Shown here: positions 51,173-64,000 of the stretch, piece by piece
Layout: each line of letters opens with the position of its first letter
Position numbering within the stretch: the first letter of the stretch is position 1
Source of the DNA: Microthyrium microscopicum
Taxonomy: Eukaryota
Assembly: GCA_010405405.1 (NCBI GenBank)
Contig: MU004231.1
Coordinates: forward strand, 124,001 to 188,000
DNA length: 64,000 nucleotides
Direction: 5' to 3'
Position numbers and translations under genes: made by a program
The notes under the pieces: generated by a model
Told to the model about the DNA's origin: nothing
The model's input: the letters and a program-made list of their open reading frames with translations, nothing else
Databases searched by the model: none

Positions 51173-52010
51173 GGCTTGAGATAAATCAAGCGAGGTGGCA
51201 GGGAAATGAAATGTAATAAGTGGAGATCAAATGGATGGAGTAAGGAAAATCAAAATCTGGGTCATAGCGAGTTAGAGTTTTGGGGTTAAGAGAGAAATTG
51301 TGGCGACTTGTAAGACAACAAAACGGAGTAGAGGAAAGAAGAATGAATAGAGAAGGAGGATTCGAACACGATGAATAGTATGATAACCTTGGAGGTAATA
51401 AAAGTAAAAAGGATGAGACGGCGTAACCTACATTAAGTTGTTTAGGCAACTTGTGATAAAGCCTGCCACCTGAATCTAATCAGAAGACCTCGCGATCGTA
51501 GTTTGAACGAAGCGCTTGGACCAGGTCCTAGAGTTGAATAAATTCAGCCGGTATTGGGATGGATAGTAGTATAGAAGAATCGAGGATGAAGAAAGATAAA
51601 ACAAGACAAGATAGAGTGTGTGGAGGGGAAGAGTTTTCACACGAGCTGGAACGGTAGGTGGTTGGATGAGTGTGAACAAAGTATGACCAAAGTGGAATGT
51701 TGGCTTGTTGGTAGTCGGTGCTTGTATGAGAGCTGAGACTATGATCGTGATCCGTTGGTAGAGAGAAAGAAAGGTAGTTCTGAATCCAACGAAAGAACAG
51801 ATGAGAGAAATGTAGATAGTGGACACGAATCAACTAGAGTTGTGAAAAGATGAGAATTGAGAGAAGGGTTGGTAGAAAGTAAGACTAGAGTTGGTCGGGT
51901 TAGAAAAATGGGGAGAGTTGTTACGAGGGAGAATCCAGTCGGGCTTGACACTGTGACAGTTGACTAAGATTGAAAGGATTTGCTATCACTGACACTGACA
52001 CCGATAGATA

Positions 52011-53634
52011 CCTGTGTCAATTCAAAAGTCTGTTCGGTCCGTGCACCCCTATTAAGATATTTTAACAACTTTAATAATTAATTACTCAATGGTTATGTAA
52101 CTATCTACGAAGCGGTTGCTGTAGGGTGGTTTGGCTTCTTTTGCTCTTTTAGCTAGCTTTTTAAAAAATTTAATATCTATCCTTTTTGCAACTTTAGCTT
52201 TAAAAACTAAAGAATCCTACTAAATGCGCTTTATCTCTATTTCTACTAAAATTTAAACCTCTTGAGCTGCACTTTGAATTCTAAGGCGAAACTTATCTAT
52301 CTCCTTCTTTTGGTCTTTATAAAGCGTTTTAATTAGATGTAGATTAGGTAAATTTATAAGCATATCTTAAAAGAGGATATGTTGTTCTCTAATTTAATTA
52401 AATAATAACTGCCTTACCTTATAGTAAATACTAACGTTATTCTTAATAATCTAGACCTCTTTTAAAGGATTAAGAGCTCTTATCTTGTGATAATAAGGAA
52501 ATAGCTCTTCTTCGTATATATTAAAGGCATACTACACAAAATCTAGGCCTTCCTTTTTGTGATCTTACTTAAGCTTCTTGTATTTAAAAAGACGTTTAGG
52601 AGTCTATAATATTTAGCGGCCTTTTTGTTGATAAGGAAGAAGGAATACGTTATGCCTTTAAACTGCATCGTTTTTGGCCTATAATTCTACATATTTAGAG
52701 GTTCCCTTGATGGTGGTTTACTATTGCTTAAAATTGATCGTTTGACGAAGAATTAAGATCTAATTCTACAGTTTCTCAATAAGAAGGGCTATATCGTCTT
52801 CTTCTTCCTTATTCTAAATAATATAAGGCCATTTAACACGTAATTCGTTACTAGCTGCGTCCTACTGCATCTTTAAGAATTAAAGATTTTTAGCCTAATC
52901 AGCTTAAACTTTAACGCCTAAAGGAGCTGAAACTAAGTAATGTCTAGACCCCCTAAAGGTTAAAGGTATCTTGTTATAGTTAATAAGAACTATGTCGTTA
53001 TTCCTAGATTAAATCTACTTAATATATCTCTTTCTATACTTTAAATCAAGTTTGTGAAGTAGTAGCTTTTGGGTCGCTCGTTTACAAGTTATGGGTCGCT
53101 TATCTACTATATCTACCTAGCAATATTTAGGTCCTTAGAAGATATTGTGAACCTGATTGATATTAAGTGGTTTGAGAGGCTCATGAACTCCATTTTGGCC
53201 TAGTTTATGGGCTCGTTTGAAGACAATATTGGCTGCTTTAACCTGACTATGCTACTTTAAATTACCTCTTCTATGGTTTTGAATTCGTTAAGCTATTAAA
53301 GATTTAGGTTTAACTCGTCTAGGTCTACTAGATCTAAAGCTAGAATCCACGTATTGGAGGAGGATTTTGATATTAGAAGATTAGGCGCGTTCTTTGACGC
53401 GTTTGCAAAATATATAAATAGCATCTTCGCTTACATCTTTAATTCTTTATGAAATTTCTTTAAAAGTAAGGAGGTTATAGAATTAATATTAGAGAATAAT
53501 AACTCACTTTTCGCGAGGAATTTTACTCATTATTGCAATAGTTATAGGTATTTAATCTAAACAAGGGGTTTGTTGTAATCACTTTGGTTGGGGGCTGAGC
53601 GTACGGACCGAACAGACTTTTGAATCGACACAGG
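52011..53634 (-). mobile_element. Tc1/mariner-superfamily DNA transposon, RIP-inactivated (1624 bp)
   Basis: 32-bp TIRs CCTGTGTC(A/G)ATTCAAAAGTCTGTTCGGTCCGT with one mismatch; TA flanks at 52009-52010 and 53635-53636. AT-rich interior with a stop-riddled minus-strand transposase (V*IIKNNVSIY ~ VWIIEDNAxxH; NLPNLHLIK ~ NSPDLHPIE). Confidence 0.92.
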
Positions 53635-56520
53635 TACTTATCGCTACTACTATCGACATGTGGGCAATAACGAGTCCCCAACTTGCGCAATGTTGCCAAA
53701 CCGTCAGTGGTTGCTGCTATGCATTGGCGACAACCAAACCAGTTATCATCCGCGGATCTGGTCTGATGGATCAATCCAACAATCTGACGACTCTGCCTCC
53801 TAGTAAATCGTCCAGGGTGTGAAATTACTACACGTTCAAATCTCTACTAATCATCTCCAACCTCACTATCTACGGCGGCATGGAGTAGTCAACTTGGTCT
53901 TGTACTTTCTAGATATCTTCATCTCATACTTGTCATCTCAATCGCTTGGAAATTAAACCTAACAATATTCAAGGTTCTTATTAACCTTTTTGGCCAATCT
54001 ATTGGTTCCACAAACGGTAGTCTACGAGCGGCATGCCTTGTCAACCAAATCTGTCATAAGAATCACGACAAACAAGTCTTCTTCTCCTCTTCAGCTGCAT
54101 ATCTAAACCAAACCTTCTCATGATCGCTACAAGTTTCGTTGGTACACTTCTGTTTTTCTTTCAGATAAAATTCTATCTTGGCCCGTTACCGTCTATAACC
54201 TGATCATTCCTACCCAGCAAAAGTTTCACTGTCCTTGCTTTCACATAATCCAATGTTACTCGCTGAAACACAATACCTCGGGCTCTTCTCTTCTTTGCCG
54301 CCGATGATCCTTACACGCTCCCATTTCGTATTCCCAGTTCACTTTATTTCTTTATGCTTGTGTGCTCATTCTTTCTTCTATGAACCATCTGCTTGACTTT
54401 GCTGATGTATGCTTTACTTAACCTGGCTTGGCTTGACTCAGCACCTGACACCAGATGGTTCAATTACGCTTCACATTCTTCCGCCCTTTGTTTGACAATT
54501 AATGTTGTGAAACGATCTTCATTCTGTCCGCTTGATTAAGACGACAAACAAATTCATCTTATTCGTCTTGTCCATCGATGAGTCTTTCCTAATCCTTCTC
54601 TTGTTCCATACTACCAAAAAAAAACTATAATATCACTCCTCACCTTGAGTCTATGTTCGTGATTTTTGTGACTTTTCCGTTTGATCACCTCAGAAGCGCA
54701 GATGGTCAAAAACACCCAAGTTCTGTCCACACCTTCCCCCCTTCCTGGCTTCTGCGTCTTGCGCGCTGCAGCCAATTGATCGCCACTCGGGCTTCCAAGG
54801 CTCTCACCAGCAACTTCAGAGGCTGGCTTATCTACAACACAAACGTATGGTTTTTCCTGATGGATAGCTCAATTGTCATATCAATATCCCTTACATCTTG
54901 ATATTAAACCCGCAGATTTATAGAACAAATCAACTCTAAATCTACCAGGCCCTACATCTCCAAGAATTGCCAATTGATTATTTCTCCAAGCATTATATAT
55001 AGAGGAATGTACCACACCCTTTTCAATTCTTATTCAAACCAGTCTAACAAGTATGTTTCACGAAATGGGCAACTCGCCAAACCCGTAATCCGGTTTTCGA
55101 GGTGTCGTAATATGAAGCGTATGAGTTGTAAAACCCTGCAATTATGAACCTGCCGACCTGCACTAAACCTCCCTTGTTGGTTAGAGTAGTATCAGTGTTA
55201 CGAAGTACTGATTGATTGCTATAAAAAGCTTTGAGATTAAATGCTAGTGAATTGAGGTAGTACGTGATACACGGTCTTGTTTTAGTCATTACTTATCTCC
55301 TTGAAGAAACAATTGCTGATAATCACAAAAGCTTTTATGGCGCTCAACGAAATCTTAGCAGTTGTTCTGAAGCTTCATTTTATATATCGTTTGTGCTGCA
55401 TAGAGTCAGGCATGCCGCAAAGTTTCGATTCTTTGAAATGGAAGCTACATCCTCTTCTTTCAAAGGTGCGACTATGAATGTACAGATTCCCATTTCACTT
55501 CGAACCTGTCCTCTGGGACTGCTTCTTACATCCTTTGAGCGATGGAGTAGACCCTCATTTCAAACACTTGTCAGGGTTGAGTCCATTCCGAAAAGTGTTG
55601 GTACCTCTTTCAAGTCCGTCTGTTTACTAACAGTCAGTTTTGTTGTAAGTCGCAACCTTGTGGGGTGATTAGGAGATTCCTCCATTTCCAAGGAAGGCGA
55701 AATGACCTCAAAGGTCAAGTGTAATGAGTAAAGTGACTGCATTGGAAGACCTTCATCGTAGGTCGAAACTGCCAGCCATGTTGTGCAATCAACAGAAATG
55801 GGAAAGATTCGCACAGAAACTGTTGAGCTACCTGCGTTGTGCTTGGATGAGACTGATAAATACAATTACCTGTTGAAGTTGATGTTAGGCTTTGTGAGAA
55901 GCTACTTTCCTCAACGTGTCGGATTTGGTCCTTCTTTGAGTGATTCCTTCCTCATTGTTGATTCGAATAGCTATGGAAGATCTCAAACAACATTATGCTC
56001 ATCATCGCCAGGAGAGTCTTCGTGGTGTTCATTTTTCAGATATCCTACATACCTAGACATGACAAAATTGAGCTCTCTCTCTGTCCCTCGCACCGCTTCC
56101 TCAAGAACTTGTTCAGCCGAGTGTGACCTATGAGATGAAAGATCTTCTCAAATACAAGGAAACAAGTTATCTGTACCTGCTGATAGCCTCTGGCTTCAAT
56201 ATGAGTGTACCCGCCAATTGACCTGACCGCCAGCAACACCTTCACGATGTCTGAACGTTTACACCCTGTCTCCATTGATGGCTACTGCCAAACCGACAAC
56301 CTTGAGACGAATGTCAACTTGGAAGGTACTGTTCAATCTGTTTTCATCATCGTTTTTAAGACCTACAGACTTCTGCTCTCCGTCTCTTCTTCTCTTACCA
56401 TCATCTTCACGCAAATATTTTCATCCCAGCATCAATTCTTCGAGCGAATTTGCCCATTTCCATCGACTCTGTCGAGTTTCATTGCAGATATCTGCTCATC
56501 TCTTATTTCTTCTACCCATT

Positions 56521-58167
56521 ATGTTGTCATCTTTCTTCCTCGGCTTCGCTGTTGCGGGTGCTGTGATTGCATCTCCAGTTGCTCCAGCGGTTAGTTCATC
56601 AGCCAGTGCATCGCAGGCAACCCCAGTTGCTAGTTCATCGGCCAAATCAGGATCAAAGGTTTGGATTGGCATCCCAGCACCAAAGTCAGCAGCCTCTGTT
56701 GCTGCTCCAGTGGGCGTTCCATCTCAGGCAATTCCTGCTGTGGTTTCAGCAATCACTTCGGCACCAAAAGCCTCAGTTGTTGGCCTAGAAATCAAATCAG
56801 CTATCTCGAATGCTGAGCCACCAGCCACTGCTTCCCGCGACTTCTGGGGTGTCGGCCCTTACACCACCGTATTGACCTGGGGATGTCCTGCGGTTCGTCC
56901 CTCTCCTCTATTGATCGACAAACCACGGCCAACTCTTGTCATCTCAGTTGAGGGTTCATCTATCGAGAAGTCTGCCACTCTCTCCACCAGTTCACTAGCC
57001 AGCCCATCTCAAATCAAATCACCTCCATATGTCAGCCCTGTCACATCTACCATTGCCACTATCGCCATAATCAAGCCTTCTGCCAGCTCTATTATGGTCC
57101 ACACCTGGAGTAATCGATGTGGTGGTGATGGAGCCAGCTCCATGGCCTCCAGATGTGCTGGTGATGCATCAAGCACAGTGAGCTCCAGTGCGATCAAGCC
57201 TGCTGTCACCAGTATGGTCAAGACCAGCAACCCATCTCAGGCCAGATCTGCCATTCCATCTCCTGTTCGATCTGCTGTTCCAGCTTCAGTCTGGTCTGCA
57301 AAACCAACCCCTTCTATCAGGGCCAAATGTGGCGCCGGTTGGTACGATAGCAACCAAGTAAGTCCCCTTGCTCATTATATTGGTGCTTGCCTAACGTTGA
57401 CTTTCAGTACGACTGTTATGATGGAGGACACCTTTGCCCCAAATCGAGTGGTGCTCCTCAACTGCCATGCGGCAGCGCCTGCTATTTTCCACACCGATAC
57501 ACGTACGAAAAACTTTCGCAAAATCGGTCTTTATATGAAGCTAACTCAAATACAGATGCAGAAACGGCAAACTTGAGGGATTGCCAAACTACAGTGGTGC
57601 ATTCAAGATTTACGCTCACAACCCAGAGGTATTTGACTGGCAGGATAAAGAGCAAGGTCAAATCCAGGCATGCCACAAAGCTTTCTGGATCCAGGACGGT
57701 CCTGCTTGCACATACGTACCAGACGTAGTCCGTAAAGTGACGCCAGACTGGCCATACGCCAATGAGACTGTGTTGCGCACTCCACGGAACATGGTATGAC
57801 GAGTGTTCCTTCGATTTTATAGATATGATGGCTAACCCTTTGCCTTTGATAGAATACCATGGTTCCAGGTGGTCAGAATTTCTGGGTTGAAAAGAACGGC
57901 GAATTTGGCATCAGCACACCTCACAGCGCCTGGGCTCCACCCGGAGTCATCGAAGGTGATGCGATTGTGTATGAAAATGGAACTTTCACGGTGTCTGGTA
58001 CCCTTGGCTGGTATGCTTGTCCATCGACCAAAGTCGGTAAACATTACCAGATCTTTGCACATATACAAGGCGTACAGGTGGCCAAGAACTGCGTTCCCAT
58101 CTCGATCCTCATGGAGCCGTGGTTCCCAGACGTCCCGGGACGCCTGACAGCGTGGCAGTACGAGTAG
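56521..58167 (+). CDS. Secreted cell-wall-type protein: Ser/Ala/Pro linker, CBM52-like Cys module, IgE-binding-protein/PhiA-like domain
   Basis: Signal peptide MLSSFFLGFAVAGAVIASP; CGAGWYDSNQ|YDCYDGGHLCP..CGSACYFPHRYT|CRNGKL; C-terminal VPGGQNFWV..PHSA..GWYACP..YQIFA. Three introns (57358-57407, ~57503-57556, ~57794-57852). Confidence 0.75.
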
Positions 58168-58758
58168 GAGACAGAGACATGATGAAGGTTTTCTCTATAT
58201 TGTTTTGTCAGAATGGATATAATGATAGTATTGATTGGGGAGACGCAGGGAATTGAGAGGTTAGTGGTGGAAGTTATTATTGACGGATTGATGAGGGTAT
58301 GAATAATGAATATGCCTAATGAAAACTGTCTTCAGACCACTTCCTACGAATAGAGTGCCTTCAATGAACGTGGTGGAATTATGTTTCCGACAAAGTGAAT
58401 TGAAGTCAGAAGATGGGCTTCAGGGGCATCAACATGACAGATCAGACGAAAGGAAGCATGTTCGGGAGCTTAACAGAGACAGAAAAAGTCCGTGCCCACC
58501 CCATAATACTCACGCCTCAACGTCAGGACTCAGCTATTCAGGATTCAGGCCGCCTTAGTGACTTGCTGCTATCATCAAACAAATCATCCTCCACCAACAA
58601 CAACTGCAACCGTGTACAATTCCCCCATATCTTCCAATCGAATTGCTATCAAACTACTCTAGGTCCCGTGCTCTGGATGCTTCTGCCTTGTCTCTAGTTC
58701 TGGCCACGTTCTACATGCCGCTCTCCTCTCAAGCACCGCTGCACATGCTGCACCGGAC

Positions 58759-60684
58759 ATGAACTCCAACCCCTCTACCACTCCACATGCATCCTCCTCG
58801 TCCGCGCCGGCCTCTACATTGCGTCCTAGAACTCGCCGCCTGATATCTAGTCTTGACGAAGACGCTCCGTCCTACGGTGCCACTCGCACTCCCGATTCGG
58901 TCGCTGCCGCCCCCAGTCTCGTCCCTCGCGTTGACGCTTCCGCTATAGGCAATGGGTCGGCTGCATCGCGCAGATCCCACTTAAGGCCCGAGGCGGCATC
59001 GGGTCCATTCCGGCTGGCCTCCAATCCACCAGTGCCAAAATCTATATCCAGCGCCTGGAATCAGGTACAGGGCTTGGCTTCCAGTCTATGGACGGGCGAG
59101 ACAAGTACGTCGTCGTCGTCAAAGAAGAAGAGGATGTCGTGGACTACTACTGCCACTATGAGTGCGTCTACGCCCTCGCTCGCTGTCGAGTGGGGACCGC
59201 AGGGCTTACGACATAAAGATATTGGGGTGGGTTCGACGGATGAGCGCAATGCGTTGGTGCGGGATGCGAAGAGGATGGTGTTGTTGAGTGCTTCGAATGC
59301 GCCGGGGTTGCAGGATGGCAAGGGGAGACATAAGAGGAGGACATCTGACGATTATGATTCGAGTTCTATGCCTCCACCGGGTGGTATGGATGTAGATGCG
59401 CTGGTTTATATTCATAAAGTCAGGCCGGGAGATACTTTGGCTGGATTGACGATCAAATACAACTGTCAAGCGTCGGTCCTGCGTAAGGCGAACAGGATGT
59501 GGCCAAACGACCCTATACAATCACGAACCACCATACTCGTTCCGGTAGACGCCTCCAATGTCAAAGGAGTCCGAGTACCAGAATCAGTTACAGAAGTTCG
59601 AGAAGAAGAAGACCTACTTGGCGACGAGCCACTCATGATGCACGAAAGCCCGGATCTGTCTACCAAATCTACTCCCATTAACGGCTGGTCCAGCCCATCT
59701 ATTCCCACAAGCTCTACGCCAATCCGCCCATCGACACCAACGCCTTCTACTCAATTCGACGCTGACCCGCCCTGGAAACACGACTCCTGGGTCATCCTTC
59801 CAACTGACACACAACCCACTGAAATCGCCCGCCTCTCGCGCCAAAATCTAGGTTACTTCCCACGCGCACGCCGGAAATCTCTTACCTTCTCTGACCAGGG
59901 AACGTCACGCAACACATCCTTTGACCTCTCGCGCAGCAATCCCACCGCCTCCTCACCCTCACTAAACCCTATACAAACCACACCGTCCCCTCGCCGCTCA
60001 ACGAATATATCCCGCACGCCCGTCCAAGTCACCGCGCGCTCCCGCTCCTCATCAAACAGCATGGCCGCCTACTTCCACGGCCCCGGCGGCGTCGGCTCCC
60101 TCGGAAAACATGTCCGCATCCCGGGTCCAGCACCCGACAAGCTCACCGAACTATTCGGCGCACACCTACCCTCCGCCGAGCCGCCCGCGCACCAAACCGT
60201 CTACACGCCCTGGGCGCCTTCCCTACTCGCCGACGATTCCGCCCCACAAATCGGCCCAGGCGGCGAAGTTGCAGGCCCAGGCATGGATCTACAAGATGTT
60301 GGTGGCGCGATAGAAGGCTGGGTACGCAAGATGGCTAGAAAAGCGACACAAGCGCTAGAACAGAATGCCGCGGCAAGTACAGCAAGAAGTAGAGGGAATG
60401 TGGGTGTGCAAGGTTTGGGATTGGCGGGTGGGACGGGTGATTTGATTGAGTTGGTTGATGCGTTTGAGATTGGGGATGGTGATGATGTGCTTAATGATAG
60501 TATAGGTCAGAGAGAAGCGTCGACTGTGCGGGAACCTTCACGTGGAGGGGAAATATCTGGCGCTTCAAGGGCGGATAGCGGGGAGGGAAGTTCAAGAGCA
60601 AAGGCATGGCCAAATAGCGGTGGTGAGATGCGTGGTCGCAAACCAGCGCGGATTGAAGGACTGGGCAAAGGGAAAGATGACTGA
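58759..60684 (+). CDS. Intracellular single-LysM (CBM50) domain protein
   Basis: YIHKVRPGDTLAGLTIKYNCQASVLRKANRMWPNDPIQSRTTILVP LysM motif within a 641-aa low-complexity, intronless ORF; no signal peptide. Confidence 0.88.
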   Translation: MNSNPSTTPHASSSSAPASTLRPRTRRLISSLDEDAPSYGATRTPDSVAAAPSLVPRVDASAIGNGSAASRRSHLRPEAASGPFRLASNPPVPKSISSAWNQVQGLASSLWTGETSTSSSSKKKRMSWTTTATMSASTPSLAVEWGPQGLRHKDIGVGSTDERNALVRDAKRMVLLSASNAPGLQDGKGRHKRRTSDDYDSSSMPPPGGMDVDALVYIHKVRPGDTLAGLTIKYNCQASVLRKANRMWPNDPIQSRTTILVPVDASNVKGVRVPESVTEVREEEDLLGDEPLMMHESPDLSTKSTPINGWSSPSIPTSSTPIRPSTPTPSTQFDADPPWKHDSWVILPTDTQPTEIARLSRQNLGYFPRARRKSLTFSDQGTSRNTSFDLSRSNPTASSPSLNPIQTTPSPRRSTNISRTPVQVTARSRSSSNSMAAYFHGPGGVGSLGKHVRIPGPAPDKLTELFGAHLPSAEPPAHQTVYTPWAPSLLADDSAPQIGPGGEVAGPGMDLQDVGGAIEGWVRKMARKATQALEQNAAASTARSRGNVGVQGLGLAGGTGDLIELVDAFEIGDGDDVLNDSIGQREASTVREPSRGGEISGASRADSGEGSSRAKAWPNSGGEMRGRKPARIEGLGKGKDD

Positions 60685-63210
60685 GAGAGCCACGCAGCTG
60701 ACGCCGGGGAGCGTATATTTTGCATGTTTCTGGATTAGCCTGTGAGATGGGTGGTCTGGATGATACGAAGCATGGTCAGTTTTTCATCGTTGGATTTCGC
60801 ATGGCGTTTTGGTGTATTAAAGCTGGAAACGATTGGAGCTGGTGATAGAGAATTGAAAATATAGGCTTTATGCACTGCAGACAATGGAGATTTGATATAA
60901 GTCATTGGATTTGATAGAACTTTTTGCGCTTGACATACAACGGAAGTTGACAAGATAAATGATTTAATCCCACCAAGTGCGATGTCTCCCATTGCAGGTT
61001 ATAAAAATTACTCTTCGATACTGTAACCATAGCATGCGATGATTTCGAATTCAAGTTGGAAATACATCGAGTCTGGACTATTATCCTTTCAGGCTCTTTG
61101 TTTTTGATATCTCACCCATGTCAGACCTTAACTTCACAAGGCAAGAGGATCTGATATGTTGTATGTATGACAAGATGGCACATTGAGTAGCACAAGTCTC
61201 AAACTCAAAGATCTTCGTCATGTCTAGTTTTGGACACTAGACCACCATTGTCTAGCCTTATTTCTTACTTCCTAGTTCCTTGGACCTTGACAGGGAGGGA
61301 AAAGCTTGCTTTTCTGACTACTACTCATGGCTCTTAAGGTACTTTAGTTTTGTACTTCTTAGAGTTTATGAAAGGCGCCCATTCGGAAGCTAAGGGATTA
61401 GTTGAGCTCAAAGAAAGTTCAAAGAGGCTTGGAAGTGTATTCCGGAAGCGGGGAGCAGAGGGCGATATTTATACGATGAACTCTCGAGAACGGAGGTCGG
61501 AATATTTTTTGTAAATGTTTGTGTTCCCATGATTCCCGCCTGGTGTACAGAGCCGCGAGGCAAGATAAAGTTCCGTTTAAAGAAGCGGGGCCAAGAAAAC
61601 TTGTCATGCTGGGCAAGGCTCAAAGCTGTCAAGCTGCCAGGTAAAAATACTAGGGTGGTTTCTCGATGCACGATGTAATCGGGCAGGTCGAGGTAGGGAT
61701 GGAGGCTATCTTGAATGATGTGCGATTGATGGGGCAAAAACATCTGAACATTTATTCGATAGAACCTCATTATTCCCCGCAGAAGTCGAATGGCCAGATC
61801 TATCGTGCATGATTCCATATCAGATAATTGCAAATTCCCATAATAATATGGAGTAGCTAGCTAGACTAGCTGCAAGTGCTTTGAGAGTGGAAAAGTTGGA
61901 ATTCTCATTCGCTGGTATGCGTATGAAAGCCGGATGTGCAGCTAACCGTTGGAAAAGGACGATAGTTGATGACGGGTTCATCCATGTCAGGGATGTTGAT
62001 AGGATCATGAGTAAGGCCCGATGAGTGAGCTTTACAGGCTCACAGACACATTGGGGACTGCAGAACGGCGCGATAGGATGTGTTGAGGCTGGGACCTGGG
62101 TGGATCGGGATTGAAACAGGTGGTGCATGGCGCCGTCTCATGAAACTGCCTGGTGCTGAACCTCATGGGCCAACATGCAATCTTGAAATATCTCGTATAT
62201 CTTTTGCGTATAGCCGTATATCGGAAGTGTTTAAGAAGCAAATGTATGATGTGGTTGATGTGATAGTTACGAGGTTCAGTATCAGCGTATTCAGTCAGCT
62301 TCCATGCTCGTATCCATGAACTACTGGAGATAAAAAGGGAATAGAATTATGTCAAATAGCATGTTGGTTCATGTGGTGATAGGTGGGCATGCGATGCAGA
62401 GAACGGGAATACGTTTAGCGTGCAAGCGTGCCACAGCGGACGAGTGGGGAGCAGCAAAATGCCGAATCCATGTTCTTATTTTGGCAGCGTTTCCACTGAC
62501 TGGTTGGTGTTGAGGCGTGGCGACTGTTTGCGGATGTTTCTTGCGACAAATGCATCGCGCACACGAGGCAGCGCGGAGAAGACGGCACAAAGTGTTGCTT
62601 ATGTAGTTGTTGACTTGAGCCATCAGTATCAATAGTAGAAGTGGTGATGCTATCAATAGAGGTTAGCAGTTACTGGAGTCAGAAGGGACTCCCCCAGGCC
62701 AGGCCTAGTATTATTTGTAACTGGCAGTTGCTGCATGGCGCAGTAGATCGTTCTTTCCTGCTTTTTCTCTAACCTTAGTCGCGCCTGCCACTTTTCTCGA
62801 CCATTCTTGCTTTCTTAATCAGTCGCTCTTACCTCTCTTGGAGTCTGGACTTTATCCGTCTCATCCTACATGTACAGTACGCGGCCCAGCATCTTGATAC
62901 TGACACACTCCTCCCCCTTTCATCCTACAATTACCACATCTCGACAAACATTTGGTTTCTTCAACACGTTGCTTGGTTGAGCTCGCCTGTTACCTCAAAT
63001 TCTCAACACCTGCCCGCCGCTTCGAAACACATGCTCCATTGACCTCAACCCTCAAAGCCAACCTCTCGGGTTCTTTCTCGTTACTCGACACCTTCCGTCC
63101 TCCTTATTTGGCGTACAAATTCTTGCCTGTACGTGCCGATAATCCCGAATTCAACGCCTGTAAGAAATGCAAGGAGCCAACGCACTGCGTGTATCCAAAG
63201 TTACGCCACC

Positions 63211-64000
63211 ATGGTGATTCGTCTACCATCTCAAGTCTCTATTCTTTCAAAGTCTTACCAGGCCAGCCTCACTTCCAACCTTGAAAACCTGGGACTGATT
63301 ATCGGCGCTGCCAATACCCGTACCACAAAACCCTTTTTCAACGACAAGTCTCCGGCATTTTCTCCGTCTAGATCCGTTTCCATCGTTGGGTCCGTTGGTC
63401 GCTCATTCTTTACACTTCTCGTGGCTTTAGTTCTGTGTCTATCGTCACTTCCTTCAACCACCGCTCAATCCATTTCTACCACCACCTCCTTTAGTCCCGA
63501 TCAAGTATCTGCCAATATTGAACTCGTCTTTGGATCCTATCAATCCGATAATACTCGATATCTTTTGGCGCCACTCGCATCGACTACAACCAGTACTATT
63601 CAAGTATGATATCAATGGCTCTAATTTTTTTTCCATGTGACGCTAATACCATTCCTTCAGGGCAAACTTCTTCTCGGCACTTTTATCAAGGCCAACGCTT
63701 CTAGTGTCAACTTTGTAAATACCAACGAAATAGCGTTTGTTTCGTGCGATACTTCCGCGTACGCCGATCTTCTTGGTCCCGTCAATACACTTATTTTTGC
63801 CGTCAAAAACGACCCCATTGCCATAGTCCTGTACAGTAATACAGCAAAAGGTTGCGCATACAGTCCTGGAGACAAAATACCTTCAACTTTTGCCTACTTG
63901 TTTTCCTTGACTGGCGCCCAAGCCAACGGATCTCTCACTTCATTTGCAGCTGGAGCTGGTGGCCACGTCGCGATTGCTACCCAAGCTATTTTCGAAATGA
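63211..64000 (+). CDS. Probable PA-domain (PA-TM-RING-type) membrane protein, 5' part; runs off the window end
   Basis: ATG at 63211, hydrophobic FFTLLVALVLCLSS segment, intron ~63604-63660, then IAFVSCD..AIVLYS..C, resembling the lumenal domain of fungal PA-RING proteins. No RING is visible within the window. Confidence 0.55.

Noticed and set aside
61408..62241. Overlapping minus-strand ORFs of 141 and 102 aa
   Set aside because: No family motif and no convincing splice junction; left unannotated.
1..64000. tRNA, rRNA, CRISPR arrays, TPP riboswitch, PKS/NRPS cluster
   Set aside because: No cloverleaf or T-loop context, repeat-spacer array, riboswitch core or backbone enzyme seen by eye; a covariance-model scan would be needed to exclude small RNAs.

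Overview
Eukaryotic DNA from a filamentous ascomycete (Pezizomycotina). Genes contain short GT-AG introns (plus two GC-AG) with CTRAC/CTAAT branch sites, so the supplied ORF track splits most genes into fragments. I reconstructed about 19 spliced genes by eye: GUF1 (partial), a Mid2-like wall sensor, a secreted Gly/Ala-rich protein, a CHY/RING (Pirh2-like) E3 ligase, CCS1, noxR, two diverged processive-type GT2 paralogs flanking a class I chitin synthase, COY1/CASP head-to-head with a Vps3/TGFBRAP1-like gene, a small secreted Trp/Pro-rich protein, a P-loop sulfotransferase-like protein, a 10-exon calcineurin B gene head-to-head with MET13, an orphan multi-zinc-finger protein, a secreted CBM52-like/IgE-binding-like fusion, an intracellular LysM protein and a PA-domain-type protein (partial). 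There is also a disrupted beta-lactamase-family esterase gene between the first GT2 gene and the chitin synthase. Two TA-flanked TIR elements are present: a 475-bp MITE and a 1.6-kb RIP-inactivated Tc1-like transposon with DD36E spacing. The most notable observations are the GT2 / esterase / chitin synthase / GT2 block (a candidate cell-wall polysaccharide locus), the CCS1-noxR adjacency and an apparent non-AG splice acceptor in calcineurin B. All family calls come from motif recognition; no searches were run.
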